Of a stretch of DNA of 64,000 nucleotides, positions 62,122-64,000 are shown in pieces. The DNA lies in the NCBI GenBank assembly GCA_003331635.1, contig QOPH01000005.1:914-64913 (forward strand), given 5' to 3'. Numbering within the stretch: position 1 is the stretch's first letter; each line of letters opens with the position of its first letter. The stretch comes from SAR86 cluster bacterium. Lineage in GTDB: Bacteria; Pseudomonadota; Gammaproteobacteria; Magnimaribacterales; TMED112. The notes under the pieces were generated by a model, which saw only the letters and a list, made by a program, of their open reading frames with translations, made no database searches and had not been told where the DNA came from. The position numbers and the translations under genes were made by a program.

Positions 62122-63309
62122 TTAGGCAACAATCTTAAGCACAATTCCTGCGCCTACAGTTCTACCACCTTCTCGAACAGCAAAGCTTAATCCTTCTTCC
62201 ATTGCAATTGGAGCGATAAGTTCGCAGTTAAGTTCATCAACGGTATCTCCTGGCATAACCATTTCAACACCATCAGGTAAGTTAACTTCACCAGTAACAT
62301 CAGTAGTTCTGAAATAAAATTGTGGTCTATAACCTTTAAAGAAAGGTGTATGTCTTCCACCTTCTTCTTTACTTAAAACAGTAATCTTTGCAGTAAACTT
62401 TGTATGTGGCTTCACTGAACCTGGGATAGCAAGAACTTGACCTCTTTCAACGTCATCTCTTTCTGTTCCTCTTAGTAACACACCACAATTCTCTCCTGCT
62501 CGACCTTCGTCAAGTGTTTTTCTGAACATTTCAACACCAGTACAAGTTGTTTTTGCAGTATCTTTAATCCCTACAATCTCCAACTCGTCGCCTGTCTTGA
62601 CGATTCCTCTTTCAACTCTACCTGTTACAACAGTACCTCTACCAGAGATAGTAAAGACATCCTCAATAGGCATTAAGAAAGGCTTATCAATAGGTCTTTC
62701 AGGTTCTGGGAAGTAAGAATCAAGAGATTTTACTAGTTCAACAACACTTTCTACGTACTTAGCGTCACCTTCTAAAGCTTTAAGCGCACTTCCTTTTATG
62801 ATTGGAGTATCATCGCCAGGAAAATCATATTTGGTAAGCAATTCACGAACTTCCATTTCAACAAGTTCAATAAGTTCTTCATCATCAACCATGTCTGCTT
62901 TGTTTAAATAGACAACGATATTTGGAACCCCAACCTGTTTAGCTAGAAGTATGTGTTCTCTTGTTTGTGGCATTGGGCCATCAGCCGCACTAACTACTAA
63001 TATAGCGCCGTCCATCTGAGCGGCACCAGTTATCATATTTTTGACATAATCAGCGTGACCTGGACAGTCAACGTGAGCGTAATGTCTTTGATCACTGCTA
63101 TATTCTACGTGTGATGTTGCAATAGTTATGCCTCTCTCTTTCTCTTCAGGTGCATTATCAATACCCTCGAAAGCGACTGCTTCACCACCAAATGTATCAG
63201 CACACACTTTTGTAAGTGCTGCTGTTAACGTTGTCTTACCATGATCAACGTGTCCAATTGTACCCACGTTTATGTGTGGCAAGCTTCTATCAAATTTTTC
63301 TCTAGCCAT
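62122..63309 (-). CDS. tuf: elongation factor Tu
   Basis: 395-aa ORF with [18 protein letters not shown] and NKADMV motifs. Confidence 0.98.
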   Translation of the reverse strand: MAREKFDRSLPHINVGTIGHVDHGKTTLTAALTKVCADTFGGEAVAFEGIDNAPEEKERGITIATSHVEYSSDQRHYAHVDCPGHADYVKNMITGAAQMDGAILVVSAADGPMPQTREHILLAKQVGVPNIVVYLNKADMVDDEELIELVEMEVRELLTKYDFPGDDTPIIKGSALKALEGDAKYVESVVELVKSLDSYFPEPERPIDKPFLMPIEDVFTISGRGTVVTGRVERGIVKTGDELEIVGIKDTAKTTCTGVEMFRKTLDEGRAGENCGVLLRGTERDDVERGQVLAIPGSVKPHTKFTAKITVLSKEEGGRHTPFFKGYRPQFYFRTTDVTGEVNLPDGVEMVMPGDTVDELNCELIAPIAMEEGLSFAVREGGRTVGAGIVLKIVA

Positions 63310-63324
63310 AATTACCTCTATGTT

Positions 63325-63400
<76 letters not shown>

Positions 63401-63465
63401 GCATATCATAAACCCTAAAAAGCAAAGCTTCAACCATTATATTAGTTTTAAAAAAAACTAAAAAA

Positions 63466-63550
<85 letters not shown>

Positions 63551-63564
63551 GAGTTGAAGTAGTT

Positions 63565-63592
63565 ATTATCAACTTCCATTTTTGTTAGTCAA
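63565..63592 (-). promoter_or_regulatory. candidate sigma70 promoter for the tRNA-Tyr/tRNA-Thr/tuf transcription unit (TTGACT-16-GATAAT)
   Basis: Minus strand: -35 TTGACT (63592-63587), 16-nt spacer, -10 GATAAT (63570-63565), ending 14 nt before the tRNA-Tyr 5' end. AT-rich UP-like sequence lies upstream. Sequence match only. Confidence 0.5.
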
Positions 63593-63611
63593 TACATATA
63601 TAATTAACTTA

Positions 63612-64000
63612 ATGAAACACTATGTCACTGATAGAGAGTTATTTAAATCCTATCCAGAATCAGTAAAAGAAATAATTTTAGGAGCAGGATGTTTTTGGGG
63701 TGTTGAAAGACTTTTTTGGGAAATTCCGGGAGTATGGACAACTTATGTATCCTACTCAGGAGGAAGAAGAGATAATCCGACTTATGAGGAAGTATGTATG
63801 GGAGTAACTGGACATGTTGAAACAGTAAATGTTTTTTATGACCAAAAGCAGATCAAATTTGAAACAATTCTTAAAACCTTTTGGGAGTGTCATGATCCAA
63901 CACAAGGGATGAGACAAGGTAATGATATTGGGGAGCAATATAGATCAGTAATTTTTTGCAAAGACAGCCACCAATTAGATGCAGCAAATATTTCAAAAAC
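63612..64000 (+). CDS. msrA: peptide-methionine (S)-S-oxide reductase MsrA, N-terminal part (runs off window end)
   Basis: Frame from ATG 63612 reads MKHYVTDRELFKSYPESVKEIILGAGCFWGVERLFWEIPGVWTTYVSYSGG...HDPTQGMRQGNDIGEQYRSVIF. GCFWG active site and a strong match to E. coli MsrA. No stop before the window end, hence absent from ORF track. Confidence 0.92.
   Translation, partial: MKHYVTDRELFKSYPESVKEIILGAGCFWGVERLFWEIPGVWTTYVSYSGGRRDNPTYEEVCMGVTGHVETVNVFYDQKQIKFETILKTFWECHDPTQGMRQGNDIGEQYRSVIFCKDSHQLDAANISK

Noticed and set aside
63443-63460. Small inverted repeat TAGTTTT-aaaa-AAAACTA between tRNA-Tyr and tRNA-Thr
   Set aside because: The 7-bp stem is almost pure A-T and is expected by chance in this composition. 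It is not followed by a terminator-like U-tract in the transcribed orientation.
63756-63938. 60-aa minus-strand ORF near the window end
   Set aside because: It is antisense to the clearly recognisable msrA reading frame (GCFWG active site) and is spurious.

Overview
This AT-rich 64-kb window is almost entirely core housekeeping genome from a Gammaproteobacterium. Its block order closely follows the Pseudomonas-type arrangement. I call 78 CDS (2 truncated at the window edges), 3 tRNAs (Trp-CCA, Thr-GGU, Tyr-GUA) and one tmRNA. Minus-strand block 1 (549-24099, 23 genes) runs crotonase-tilS-accA-dnaE-rnhB-lpxB-lpxA-fabZ-lpxD-skp-bamA-rseP-dxr-uppS-frr-pyrH-tsf-rpsB-dapB-dnaJ-dnaK-grpE-fur. A short mixed-strand middle section holds bamE, an SNF transporter, a small membrane protein, smpB-ssrA-rpsT, obg-rpmA-rplU, ispB-fabB, ssb and uvrA. 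Minus-strand block 2 (34284-63550, 43 genes) is one uninterrupted translation/transcription array: tRNA-Tyr, tRNA-Thr, tuf, tRNA-Trp, secE, nusG, rplKAJL, rpoBC, rpsLG, fusA, then the complete S10, spc and alpha operons through rplQ. By hand tally only about 700 nt (about 1 percent) lies outside any gene. About 35 same-strand junctions overlap, and all five convergent junctions abut or overlap. This fits a streamlined low-GC marine gammaproteobacterium (SAR86-like is a guess), but taxonomy cannot be settled without a database search. I found no mobile element, CRISPR array, defense, toxin or secondary-metabolite locus, and no unexplained multi-gene cassette, so I do not claim a new system. The most unusual signal is five ribosomal proteins (S2, L17, L3, L11, S17) with in-frame K/E/P/A-rich C-terminal tails, four built from near-perfect tandem repeats; these add about 1 kb to a locus with almost no spare DNA. 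Secondary observations: stable RNAs embedded in mRNA operons with 7-19 nt spacers, no non-coding space for most classical r-protein feedback leaders, a zinc-finger-less DnaJ in the dnaK operon, and syntenic absences of cdsA, recN and tufA.
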